The notes under the pieces were generated by a model. That model searched no databases, was not told where the DNA came from, and worked only from the letters and a program-made list of their open reading frames with translations. A stretch of DNA of 64,000 nt from Candidatus Margulisiibacteriota bacterium (lineage in GTDB: Bacteria; Desulfobacterota; Binatia; HRBIN30). Position 1 is the stretch's first letter. Each line of letters starts with the position of its first letter. Below are positions 11,866-20,659 of this stretch, in pieces. The position numbers and the translations under genes were made by a program. The DNA is taken from NCBI GenBank assembly GCA_035541735.1, contig DATKMS010000266.1, forward strand, positions 28,834-92,833. Reading direction: 5' to 3'.

Positions 11866-12376
11866 TAGGCTACAGCCTTGTGCAAAACACCTGGTTTATG
11901 CAGAGACCCTTCCCGCGTTTTCCTCGAAATCGCAGCCACTTCGTCGCAAAACGGCAACATTGGTCGCTGCAGGCAGCCTCAACCCCCTGTGCAAAACGAC
12001 GCGACCTTGGCCGACGGTCGCCATCGATGCGCGCGCGACGGATCAAGTATGAGACACGTTCGGTCGATCCGCGTGGTGCGCCCGGCCGACCGTAGCCTTT
12101 CTGGACGATCGCTCCGGCGCCGGGCTCCGAAACGTCAACACGCGAAACGATGGGAAGAGCTACAGAGGAGCAGAAGAGCCACGCCCAAAGGAAGCACAAG
12201 AGCCAGACGACCTGTTCCACCACCGCAACGCTCCTCGTCTCGCCGACTATACTATCGGATGCTTGCATCACCAAGGGATTTCCGCCTGGCTTTGCTACGA
12301 GAGGTCACCTTTTGCGGTCTGACGGTGTTGAAAACAACGGACGAATGCGACGCGTTTTGCACAAGCCTGTAGGCTA
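11866..12376. repeat. 511-bp segment bounded by 23-nt inverted repeats (possible MITE-like or regulatory element)
   Basis: 11866-11888 TAGGCTACAGCCTTGTGCAAAAC versus the reverse complement of 12354-12376, TAGCCTACAGGCTTGTGCAAAAC. This is 21/23 identity, and the two mismatches are a compensatory G/C swap that keeps the internal palindrome. A partial third copy (AGGCAGCCT...TGTGCAAAAC) lies at 11971-11997. Confidence 0.4.
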
Positions 12377-12439
12377 GGTGCTGCGGGCAAAGACCGACGG
12401 CCTGTTGGTCGAGCTGAGCGCGAGTAAAGCAAAGGTGGA

Positions 12440-14536
12440 GTGGAGGCGAGGTGGATGTGGAAAACCTGCCGCGCATACAACCTGAATCAACGGCTGTTGT
12501 TGCCCCAGGGCGAAAGTTGCGGTGCTCCGCCATCTCCTCAGGCGACGACGGTGACGGGCTGCCGTCAGGCCGCGGAAATTGTGGGAGCGTTGGGTGCGTT
12601 TGAATGGCATCGATCTTACAGATTCGCGCACTGGTTTGTCGCGCTCGGACTCTTCACCGCCGCGATCAGCGCTGCGTTGCCTGCGCCCTGTTGGGCGTTC
12701 GACCTCCTGTTGCGCTGGAAAGTCCCGCCGGAGTCAGGCCTCAGCGGCTACCGCGTTTACGCCGGTGAAGCGTCACGAGTCTACAGCGCGCCGCTAGACG
12801 TTGGGCTCCTCCCAGGTGCTACCACGCTGGATGGCACCGTTTACTACCTCTACCGCAACGTGCAGGCGGGCACCGCCCACTACTTCGCCGTCACAGCGTA
12901 CAATACGGCGGGGCTGGAGAGCGACTACTCGAACGAGAAGCTGATCATGCCTTCCACCGCTACGCCGCCGGTGGTCAACGCCGGCCCCAATCTCACCGGT
13001 ACCGTCGGCCAGGTGTTCAGGCTGGGACCTGCGCCCCAAGCGGGCATCAGCTATGTTTGGCAACAGACGGCTGGTCCACCCGTCACACTCTCCAGCCGCA
13101 CGACCAGTAGCACCCAGTTCACCGCTTCGAGCGCTGGAGCGCTACAATTTGCCTTGACCGCATACGACGCACAGGGAGTAGCGACGCAGCAAGTGATGAG
13201 TGTAGTCGTGAGTGGGTCAGCGATGTTGCCCCCAACATCCGTTGCGACGTCGACCGCGACCGTGACGCCGTCTCCGACAGCGCCCCCGGGGCCCGTCTGC
13301 ATCACCATTCGGCCCAACGGGCTCGGTGCGTTCCCTCCGCAGAACCAAACCGCGGGCTGCAGTGAGGGCTGGCAATGCTTGCAAACCGAGGATGGGGACG
13401 CCTCCTACGTGTTCAGTCAGAGCACGGTGAGCAGCGGGCCGAAGACGGATATCTACGCCCTCGAGGACGTGCCGCCGCGAATGGAACCCATCAGTTTTGT
13501 GATGGTCAACAGTACCAGCCGCTCGGTCAGTTCCGGCGGCGGCAGTACGGTAACACCGCAACTCAAAGTTGGCACGAGCCCGGCTCTGTTCGGCTTCGGC
13601 CCCTTGCGGCTGCCTACGACGCCGAGCTACCAACCGGGTTCCACCGTCTACCTCAACAACCCGGCGACCAATGGTCCGTGGTCCTGGTCGGACATCAACG
13701 CGTTGCAAGCTGGTGTGCGCCTGCAAGTCGCGGCGGGCGACGAGGTCCGCACGACGAGCGTGGCGGTCTCGGTGTGCTTCGTGCCAACCGCTGCTGCGCC
13801 CGCACCGACCACGGCTGCGCTCCCGCCGATTACCAGCACCGCCACACGCACACCGACCGCCACCGCGACTCCGTCGATCACCCGCACCGCCACGGCCACC
13901 CGTACGGTCACCGCCACACTGACCGCCACACCGGGCGCCACCATCACCCCGACTCGCACCGCAGCGCCCTCAAGCACCACAACGCCCACGGCGACAGCGA
14001 CCGCTACGCCGTCGCCGACAGCAGTGCTGGGGCCGGTCTGCATCACCGTTCGGCCCAACGGGCTCGGCGCGTTCCCCCCGCAGAACCAAACCGCGGGCTG
14101 CAGTGAGGGCTGGCAATGCTTGCAAACCGAGGATGGAGACACCTCCTACGTGTTCAGTCAAAGCACGGTGAGCAGCGGGCCGAAGACGGATATCTACGCC
14201 CTCGAGGACGTGCCGCCGCGAATGGAACCCATCAGTTTTGTGATGGTCAGCATTACCAGCCGCTCGGTCAGTTCCGGCGGCGGCAGTACGGTAACACCGC
14301 AGCTCAAAGTTGGCACGAGCCCGGCTCTGTTCGGCTTCGGCCCCTTGCGGCTGCCTACGACGCCGAGCTACCAACCGGGTTCCATCGTCTACCTCAAGAA
14401 CCCGGCGACCAATGGTCCGTGGTCCTGGTCGGACATCAACGCGTTGCAAGCTGGTGTGCGCCTGCAAGTCGCGGCCGGCGACGAGGTCCGCACGACGAGC
14501 GTGGCGGTCTCGGTGTGCTTCAATGCATCCGGGTGA
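12440..14536 (+). CDS. Secreted multidomain protein: FN3-like plus PKD/Ig-like domain plus two copies of an unassigned ~165-aa domain separated by Thr/Ala/Pro linkers
   Basis: Signal-like WFVALGLFTAAISAALPAPCWA. FN3-like LSGYRVYAG...YFAVTAYNTAGLESDYS. PKD-like PPVVNAGPNLTG...YVWQQTAGPPV. Two near-identical blocks start GPVCITxRPNGLGAFPPQNQTAGCSEGWQC and end ...SVAVSVCF. The exact start is uncertain. Confidence 0.75.
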   Translation: MEARWMWKTCRAYNLNQRLLLPQGESCGAPPSPQATTVTGCRQAAEIVGALGAFEWHRSYRFAHWFVALGLFTAAISAALPAPCWAFDLLLRWKVPPESGLSGYRVYAGEASRVYSAPLDVGLLPGATTLDGTVYYLYRNVQAGTAHYFAVTAYNTAGLESDYSNEKLIMPSTATPPVVNAGPNLTGTVGQVFRLGPAPQAGISYVWQQTAGPPVTLSSRTTSSTQFTASSAGALQFALTAYDAQGVATQQVMSVVVSGSAMLPPTSVATSTATVTPSPTAPPGPVCITIRPNGLGAFPPQNQTAGCSEGWQCLQTEDGDASYVFSQSTVSSGPKTDIYALEDVPPRMEPISFVMVNSTSRSVSSGGGSTVTPQLKVGTSPALFGFGPLRLPTTPSYQPGSTVYLNNPATNGPWSWSDINALQAGVRLQVAAGDEVRTTSVAVSVCFVPTAAAPAPTTAALPPITSTATRTPTATATPSITRTATATRTVTATLTATPGATITPTRTAAPSSTTTPTATATATPSPTAVLGPVCITVRPNGLGAFPPQNQTAGCSEGWQCLQTEDGDTSYVFSQSTVSSGPKTDIYALEDVPPRMEPISFVMVSITSRSVSSGGGSTVTPQLKVGTSPALFGFGPLRLPTTPSYQPGSIVYLKNPATNGPWSWSDINALQAGVRLQVAAGDEVRTTSVAVSVCFNASG
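13291..14531 (+). repeat. In-frame tandem duplication with a 741-nt period (247 codons); two ~500-nt cores are nearly identical
   Basis: GTCTGCATCACC occurs at 13295 and at 14036. The cores 13291-13790 and 14032-14531 differ by roughly a dozen substitutions by eye, giving 6 aa changes in ~165 aa. Confidence 0.9.
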
Positions 14537-15806
14537 AGCGCCCCCGGTCGAGTTGAACGGTACTGAGCGGTTGTACCGGGCCGCGGCAACAGCCGCCTTC
14601 GGGCTGCTGTGGATTGGGGCACGTGCGGCCGGCGTCTCCGCAGACAGCCTTCGTTGTCGCCGTGGAACCCTGCCGGCGGCAAACGGTCCGCTGTTGTGGT
14701 TTCATGGCGCGTCAGTCGGGGAATTGGGCGCGGCCTGTGCGCTCGCCACGCTGCTGGCGCAGCGCGGATATCAGTTCACGGCCGCGTACACGGCCAGCAA
14801 CCAGTCGGGGGTTGAATTTGTCGCCCATTCGGGCACTGCAAATTCAGTCGTCGCCCTCGCACCGTGGGATCATCCACGCTGGGTCGCCCGTGCCCTCGAA
14901 CAGTGGCAGCCGCGCGCGCTCTTCCTGGTGGAGACCGAGCTGTGGCCGACGTTGATCTTCGAAGCTTGGCGGCGCAAGGTGCCGGTCTTCTGTGTCAGCG
15001 CCCGCATCTATCCGCGCGACGTCGCCCGCTATCGCCTGATCCGCAGCCTGGTCGTGCCGATGCTCCGCCGTGTCACCGCCGTCCTGGCTCAGAACGATAC
15101 CGAGCGCGCTCGGCTTGTCGCACTCGGTGCCGATCCGGAATGCTGCAGCGTCGCGGGAAACTTGAAATATGTTCTTACCGAAGCCGCCCACATGCGCGAT
15201 AGCTCCTGGCGGTCCGAGCTGGGCTTGCACGGTGCCGAACCGGTCGTGGTCTTCGGGAGCGTCCATGGGGACGAAGTCCCTCTCATCTTTGCCGCATTGG
15301 AACAGTTGCCCATGCGGGTCTTGCGCGTAATTGTCGCACCGCGGCACGCACCGGCCGTGGCTGCGGTTGTGCGTGCGGCGCGGCAGCGCAAATGGCACGT
15401 GCACCGGCGAACAGCGGGGCCGCCCCCACGGGACTGGCAGATTCTGGTTCTCGACCGGATGGGGGAATTATCCTCCGCGTATGCTATGGCATCCGTGGCC
15501 GTCGTCGGAGGCGGCTTTGGGAAGCATGGTGGGCACAATCCGCTGGAGCCGGTCATGGTTGGGGCGCCCGTGATCTTCGGAGAACACTTCGATCATTTTG
15601 CGCAGGAAGTGCAGGCGCTGCAGGTGGTGACGCCGGAGGCCCGCGTCACGGGCGCGGTTCTGGGGCGCCGCCTGGCCGAATGGTTGAACAGGGCGGCGGA
15701 GCGCCAGCGTATCCAGGAGTTGCAGCGCCGCTGCCTTCCGGACGGGGCAGCGATCGCGCAGCGATACCTTACTATTCTGTCGCCGTGGCTTGGGGGTAAC
15801 GCGTGA
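14523..15806 (+). CDS. waaA: 3-deoxy-D-manno-octulosonic acid (Kdo) transferase
   Basis: LLWFHGASVGELGAA signature. GT30 C-terminal half ...SFGKHGGHNPLEP. ATG at 14523 is in frame. The upstream part of the 498-aa track ORF overlaps the previous gene and was rejected. Confidence 0.9.
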   Translation: MHPGEAPPVELNGTERLYRAAATAAFGLLWIGARAAGVSADSLRCRRGTLPAANGPLLWFHGASVGELGAACALATLLAQRGYQFTAAYTASNQSGVEFVAHSGTANSVVALAPWDHPRWVARALEQWQPRALFLVETELWPTLIFEAWRRKVPVFCVSARIYPRDVARYRLIRSLVVPMLRRVTAVLAQNDTERARLVALGADPECCSVAGNLKYVLTEAAHMRDSSWRSELGLHGAEPVVVFGSVHGDEVPLIFAALEQLPMRVLRVIVAPRHAPAVAAVVRAARQRKWHVHRRTAGPPPRDWQILVLDRMGELSSAYAMASVAVVGGGFGKHGGHNPLEPVMVGAPVIFGEHFDHFAQEVQALQVVTPEARVTGAVLGRRLAEWLNRAAERQRIQELQRRCLPDGAAIAQRYLTILSPWLGGNA

Positions 15807-17077
15807 CCTCGAACGGCAGATGCCCGACGATTTGTTTCGTGGCAGCCGATGTGTCCGGCGATCAGAATGCCGCCAGATTGGCGGCTGCGATCCGCGAGCG
15901 CGCGCCCGAGGTGCGTCTACTCGGTGCCGGCGGTGCCGCCATGCGCGCAGCCGGCGTCGAGGTTGTTGTCGAGACCACCGATCTGTCGTTCATCGGCGTG
16001 CTCGGGTCGTTGCGGCTGCTGCGGCAGCTGATCGGGAGATTTCGTCGTGCGCAGCGCAGCATCGCTGCCGCGCGTCCGGACCTGGTGGTCCTGGTCGACG
16101 CCGAGACCGTGAATCTGCCTGCGGCCATGTGGTTCCGGCGCAAACGCGTGCCGGTCGTCTTCTTCTTTCCCCCGCAAGTCTGGTTCTGGGGGCGCTGGCG
16201 CCTGCCGGCGATCGTTCCGCTTGCACGCCGCGTGCTCTCTGCCTTTCGCGACGAAGCCAAGCTGTTCGCTGCCGCCGGCGCGGACACGGTGTGGGTTGGG
16301 CACCCGCTGCGCGACCTGACGCACGTCGCAGAGAGTCCCAAGGCCGCCTTGCAATCGATCGGGCTCGATCCATCACGCCCGCTGATTGCCCTGATGCCCG
16401 GGAGCCGACGCAATGAGATTCGTGCACTGGCGGCACCGATGCTCGGGGCGGCACGATTACTCCAGCAGCGCGATCCGACGCTGCAGTTCGCATTGCCGCT
16501 GGCCAGCGAGGTCCTGCGTGACGAGCTGGAGCACCGGGTGCGCGAGAGTGGCGTGCAAAACGTCGCAATCTACCACCATCCGAAGTCCTACGCAGTCTTG
16601 AGTCAGGCGCGCCTCGTTCTGCAGTGCTCCGGCACCGCAACGCTCGAGGCCGCGCTACTGGGCCTCCCAGCGGTGATCGTCTACCGCTGCCATCCAGTCG
16701 AGTACGTCGTCGCGCGTCACTTGCTGCTCGCGGTGCCGTTCATCGGCATGCCCAACATTCTGCTCGGGGAGATGGTGCAGCCGGAATTCTTCCACAAGAA
16801 CGTTGACGCCGAGCACTTGGCCAAGGAAGCCTGGTCGTTGCTCACCGATCCGCGCCGGCGCTCCGGTATCCAATCACGCCTGGCGACGCTGCGTGAGCTC
16901 CTCGGACCCGCCGGTGTGGTGCCGCGCGCCGCGGAGGCCGTGCTCGATCTGCTGCCACAAGCGGCGCTCGCGAGTTCGCGGGCGGCGGTGTCGTCTAGCG
17001 GCCTTGCTGCAAACCTCCCGCACGGTCCGAGCGTGCCCCTACCGGGCGCGCCAGCACGCGCTCTGCCTGGGCAATGA
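15803..17077 (+). CDS. lpxB: Lipid-A-disaccharide synthase
   Basis: GTGA start/stop overlap with waaA. N-terminus FVAADVSGDQNAARLAAAIRE...VRLLGAGGAAMRAAGVE...DLSFIGVLG parallels E. coli LpxB. LLPGSRRNEI-type motif present (LMPGSRRNEIRAL). Confidence 0.9.
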   Translation: MTSNGRCPTICFVAADVSGDQNAARLAAAIRERAPEVRLLGAGGAAMRAAGVEVVVETTDLSFIGVLGSLRLLRQLIGRFRRAQRSIAAARPDLVVLVDAETVNLPAAMWFRRKRVPVVFFFPPQVWFWGRWRLPAIVPLARRVLSAFRDEAKLFAAAGADTVWVGHPLRDLTHVAESPKAALQSIGLDPSRPLIALMPGSRRNEIRALAAPMLGAARLLQQRDPTLQFALPLASEVLRDELEHRVRESGVQNVAIYHHPKSYAVLSQARLVLQCSGTATLEAALLGLPAVIVYRCHPVEYVVARHLLLAVPFIGMPNILLGEMVQPEFFHKNVDAEHLAKEAWSLLTDPRRRSGIQSRLATLRELLGPAGVVPRAAEAVLDLLPQAALASSRAAVSSSGLAANLPHGPSVPLPGAPARALPGQ

Positions 17078-18086
17078 GCGCGTCGGCCGTCGAAGGCAGA
17101 CACGGCCGCCTCCGCCAGCACCATTGCGGGCAGCCGAGACCACACTGCCCGTCACCGCGCACAACCAGATCCTCGTAGCGGTACGGGGCCTTGCGCCAGG
17201 TTGTGGTTGGGCCGTAGAGGCCGACCACGGGACGACCCAACGCCGCTGCAATGTGTGCCGACCCGGTGTCTGGCGCGATATGGATCGCGCAGCGGTCGAG
17301 CAGGGCGACCAATTCGGGCAGCGTCGTGCGGCCCGTGAGATCGTACACCGCCCGACCGGCGCGGCGGGCGACGTCTGCGTGCACCGCTTTTTGCGCCGAT
17401 CCGCCAACCAGGATGATTGTGCCGGCTGTGCTCAACGCGTTTGCCACGCGTGCCCACTGCTCGACAGGCCAGGTCCTCCACGCTACCGACGCAGATGGAT
17501 TGATGACGATCAGCGGGGGCTCCTCAGGAACGTCGATCTCGGCCAGTTTTTGGTCGATCGACGCCCTGGCTTCCGGCTGGACCGGAAGGGCGAACGACAC
17601 CGGTGTCGGTGCCGCTCCGAGGAACTCCGCACAGCGCAAGTAGTCTTCCGCCACGTGAAGACGTCCGCAGTGGCGCGGCATGGCCCACGAGACGAGCTGT
17701 GCACCTTCGCGTTGCTCGTGCACGCCGATGCGCAGCGGCGCTTCCGAGAGCAGGGCCACGACGGCGCTCTTCAAGAGTCCCTGGAGATCGATGCTGACGT
17801 CGTAGGAGGCGTCCCGCAAGCGCTGCACAGCCCGCCAGTACGACTGCACCCACCTGGGACCGAAGCAGCCCCAGCGCATGGTCGGAAACACCACGATGCG
17901 ATCGATGGCTGGATGACCGTGCAGCAACGGCGCCGTCCACTCTTCCGCAGCCCAGCTGATGTGCGCTTGCGGGTAGCGCCGCCGCAGTGCAACCGCCACT
18001 GGAAGGGCGTGCACGACGTCGCCGATTGAGGACATCTTCACGATCAGCAGGCGTCTCAATCGGGAGGGATCAAAATGGAAGGGCAT
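16995..18086 (-). CDS. GT9 ADP-heptose:LPS heptosyltransferase (WaaC-like)
   Basis: RRLLIVKMSSIGDVVHALPVAVALRRRYPQAHISWAAEE...HPAIDRIVVF resembles the WaaC N-terminus. C-terminal DTGSAHIAAALGRPVVGLYGPT. The start at 18086 abuts the upstream gene end at 18092. Confidence 0.8.
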   Translation of the reverse strand: MPFHFDPSRLRRLLIVKMSSIGDVVHALPVAVALRRRYPQAHISWAAEEWTAPLLHGHPAIDRIVVFPTMRWGCFGPRWVQSYWRAVQRLRDASYDVSIDLQGLLKSAVVALLSEAPLRIGVHEQREGAQLVSWAMPRHCGRLHVAEDYLRCAEFLGAAPTPVSFALPVQPEARASIDQKLAEIDVPEEPPLIVINPSASVAWRTWPVEQWARVANALSTAGTIILVGGSAQKAVHADVARRAGRAVYDLTGRTTLPELVALLDRCAIHIAPDTGSAHIAAALGRPVVGLYGPTTTWRKAPYRYEDLVVRGDGQCGLGCPQWCWRRRPCLPSTADALIAQAERVLARPVGARSDRAGGLQQGR

Positions 18087-18091
18087 CCTGC

Positions 18092-19873
18092 TCACTCTGC
18101 TGAGTCTGCCCGTTCGGTCCACTCGCGCCGCTCGAACAGGCGGAGCCGGGTCCACTGCCCCATCGAATAGTTGAACCCGTTCGCCGACCACACTTCGTGG
18201 ATACCGACGCCCAGCTCTCCCGCTGCCCGCTCGAAAGCTGCGAGCTGATCCTCACTCACCAGCACCAGGCCAGCGCTTCGTTGCCTGAGCAAGGCGACGG
18301 CGGGTCGGGGTTCGATCAGCGCCGTGTTCATTCCGGCAAGGAAAATCAGACTCGGTTCGTGATAGCCGACCGCCGCAAGCGGACGCGAGCCGTTGCCGCG
18401 ACGCGGCCGGTGTGCGATCGCTACGGCTGCGCGGTTGCTCAACCAGAGCGCGCGCAGCTCGGGAAGTACCCAATGCAGGACTGGAGCGAAGAGCAGGACA
18501 CTGCCAATCACGGCGACCCATGATGCGCCGATCAGCTGGGCCCTCCGACACAGCCGGACGCAAACGATGCAGATCAGGCATGCTGCCCACGCCGCACAGA
18601 GCACGGCAACGTCGACGCCATCGCCGAAGCGCCTGGCGCCCGTGATGATGACAACACCGGCAGCGCACGTGACGAGGCTCCAGAGCACACAACCGCCAAG
18701 CAGCAGGCGGTGCGACCTGCGCCAGAGATTCGCCGGCGGGTCGAAGACGGCAGCCGCCACCAACAGCGCCAGAGCAGGGTACGCCGGCAAGACGTAGTGC
18801 GGCAGCTTCGTGGGCATGACTTCGAAGAAGAGCCACGTCGGAACCAGCCACGCCAGACAGAAGCGCTCGGCACACTGCTCGCGCCGCGCGACGCCGCGAA
18901 CAATCCCGAGCCCGGCGGCGAACGATCCCGGCCAGAACGTTGCGGTGAGCAGCAGCAGGTACAAGCCGGGTGGCGCGCCATGGGTTTCCTGCCCGCCCAG
19001 GATCTTGGGCAGGAGGTCGCCGCCAATCCACTCGCGGTAGAACCTCCAATCGGTCGACACGCCGGCCGCAATCATCCACGGCGACAGGAGAACCATCATC
19101 AGCGGAAACCCCCAGCGCGCGTACAGTCCCGCGAGCGTCTGAGTCATGCCGCGACGGTCGAAGAGCACTAGCGCGCCGACCGTCAGGCTGCTGACTAAAG
19201 GCACGATCGGTCCCTTGACCAGAATACCTACGGCCTGCGCGAGCCAGAATCCGACTGCGTATCGCCTGCGGGAGAGGCCCGTGCCGTGCGCGGCAAGGTA
19301 CAGCAACGCAAGACACCCTTGTGCCGCCACGACGCACGCCAGCAGCACCGCGTCCGTCGTGGCGAGATGCGCCTCGACAACCAGCAGCGCGGACGACGCC
19401 AGGAAGGCTGCGCCGAGCAGTGCGGCACGCCGATCGAAGAGCTGAGCACCGATCCCATAGGTCAGAAGCACCGCCACATACGCCCCGAGTAGCGACGGCA
19501 GCCGGTACGCCCAGATCGCCGGACGGCCCTGCTGCTGCGTGACGGAAACGGCAGCCGCCTGCAGCCAGTAGATGCCGATCGGCTTGTTGAAGCGATCGTC
19601 GGTCTGGAAATGCGGCCGGACGAAGTCGCCACTGTCGACCATCTGCTTCGTCGCTTGCGCAAAACGCGGCTCATCCCGATCAACCGGAGGGATTGTGGTG
19701 AGCCCCGGAAGATAGACGGCCAGGCACAGCAAGGTCAGCAACACATACGCCAGCGCGTTTTGACGGCGGCGCGCGGAGCGCACGAACGACAGCGGTCGCA
19801 TCGCCGCCGCAGATTGACACCGCATGCCGGTCTGGGCAACCTTGCGCGAGCGTTTGCGGGCGCTCGCTCGCAC
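18092..19873 (-). CDS. ArnT/PMT-like GT-C membrane glycosyltransferase (GT83/GT39 type), copy 1
   Basis: VDRDEPRFAQATKQMVDSGDFVRPHFQTDDRFNKPIGIYWLQA is the typical ArnT-like first periplasmic loop. It has more than 10 hydrophobic helices. The start is probably internal (M17 or M25) because fabL starts 15 nt from M1. Confidence 0.8.
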   Translation of the reverse strand: MRASARKRSRKVAQTGMRCQSAAAMRPLSFVRSARRRQNALAYVLLTLLCLAVYLPGLTTIPPVDRDEPRFAQATKQMVDSGDFVRPHFQTDDRFNKPIGIYWLQAAAVSVTQQQGRPAIWAYRLPSLLGAYVAVLLTYGIGAQLFDRRAALLGAAFLASSALLVVEAHLATTDAVLLACVVAAQGCLALLYLAAHGTGLSRRRYAVGFWLAQAVGILVKGPIVPLVSSLTVGALVLFDRRGMTQTLAGLYARWGFPLMMVLLSPWMIAAGVSTDWRFYREWIGGDLLPKILGGQETHGAPPGLYLLLLTATFWPGSFAAGLGIVRGVARREQCAERFCLAWLVPTWLFFEVMPTKLPHYVLPAYPALALLVAAAVFDPPANLWRRSHRLLLGGCVLWSLVTCAAGVVIITGARRFGDGVDVAVLCAAWAACLICIVCVRLCRRAQLIGASWVAVIGSVLLFAPVLHWVLPELRALWLSNRAAVAIAHRPRRGNGSRPLAAVGYHEPSLIFLAGMNTALIEPRPAVALLRQRSAGLVLVSEDQLAAFERAAGELGVGIHEVWSANGFNYSMGQWTRLRLFERREWTERADSAE

Positions 19874-19888
19874 AGCAGGAAGGCATGG

Positions 19889-20644
19889 ATGTCAGGCACG
19901 CTTGCCGGCAAAGTCGCACTGGTCACCGGCGCCTCCCGAGGAATCGGTCGAGCCATCGCACACAAGCTCGCCGTGGCCGGCTGCGACGTCGCCGCCAACT
20001 ACTACAACAGCCACGACGAGGCTGCAGCGCTGTGCGCCGAGATCCGTGCCCTCGGTCAGCGGGCGTATGCGATCCAGGGCAACGTCGCCAACCCGGAAAG
20101 CGTCGATGAGATCATCGCCGCGTTTCGTACGCATTTCGACCACCTCGACTTTCTGGTGAGCAACGCCGCCAGCGGTGTGCTCAAGCCCGCGCTGGAGATG
20201 ACGCTCAAGCATTGGCGCTGGTGCCTGGAAACCAACGCCCTGGCCCTGAACCTCCTGGCGCAGCGGACGGTGCCACTGATGCCGCCGGGCAGCCGCATCG
20301 TCGCGATCTCCAGCCTTGGGGCGCACTATGCCATGCCGAGCTACGGCTTCGTCGGTGCCTCGAAGGCGGCGCTGGAATCCTTGGTGCGCACGCTGGCGCA
20401 AGAACTCGGACCGCGCGGCATTCGCGTCAACGCGGTGAGCGCCGGACCAGTCGATACCGATGCGTTGCGCTCCTTCCCGCAGCGTGAACAGCTGCTCGCC
20501 AGCTTTGCACAGCGCGCGCCAGCCGGGCCCGTACTGAGCACTCAGGACGTCGCGGGAGCTGTCTATCTCCTCTGTCTTCCCGAGGCCAGCATGGTGTCGG
20601 GGCATACCTTGGTGGTCGACGGCGGATTTTCCATTGTGAGCTGA
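19889..20644 (+). CDS. fabL: FabL-type enoyl-[ACP] reductase (SDR)
   Basis: KVALVTGASRGIGRAIA. NAASGVLKPALEMTLKHWRWCLETNALAL, ISSLGA...VGASKAALESL and VNAVSAGPVDTDALRSFPQRE closely parallel B. subtilis FabL as recalled from memory. Confidence 0.75.
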   Translation: MSGTLAGKVALVTGASRGIGRAIAHKLAVAGCDVAANYYNSHDEAAALCAEIRALGQRAYAIQGNVANPESVDEIIAAFRTHFDHLDFLVSNAASGVLKPALEMTLKHWRWCLETNALALNLLAQRTVPLMPPGSRIVAISSLGAHYAMPSYGFVGASKAALESLVRTLAQELGPRGIRVNAVSAGPVDTDALRSFPQREQLLASFAQRAPAGPVLSTQDVAGAVYLLCLPEASMVSGHTLVVDGGFSIVS

Positions 20645-20659
20645 CGGCTGACGACACCG

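Noticed and set aside
11870-12274. 134-aa minus-strand ORF lying exactly between the inverted repeats, as a possible transposase or membrane protein
   Set aside because: It is too short for a transposase and has no DDE/HTH motifs. It is Arg-rich with one hydrophobic stretch, has no RBS, and overlaps equally long ORFs on the plus strand.
14310-14522. Upstream extension of the waaA ORF (498-aa version). Analogous over-long starts were also trimmed at 6287, 6789, 28992, 21817, 44181, 43220, 54771, 58153 and 63987.
   Set aside because: The extensions overlap the preceding or divergent gene and have no family similarity. In each case an internal start with an RBS or a start/stop junction fits better.
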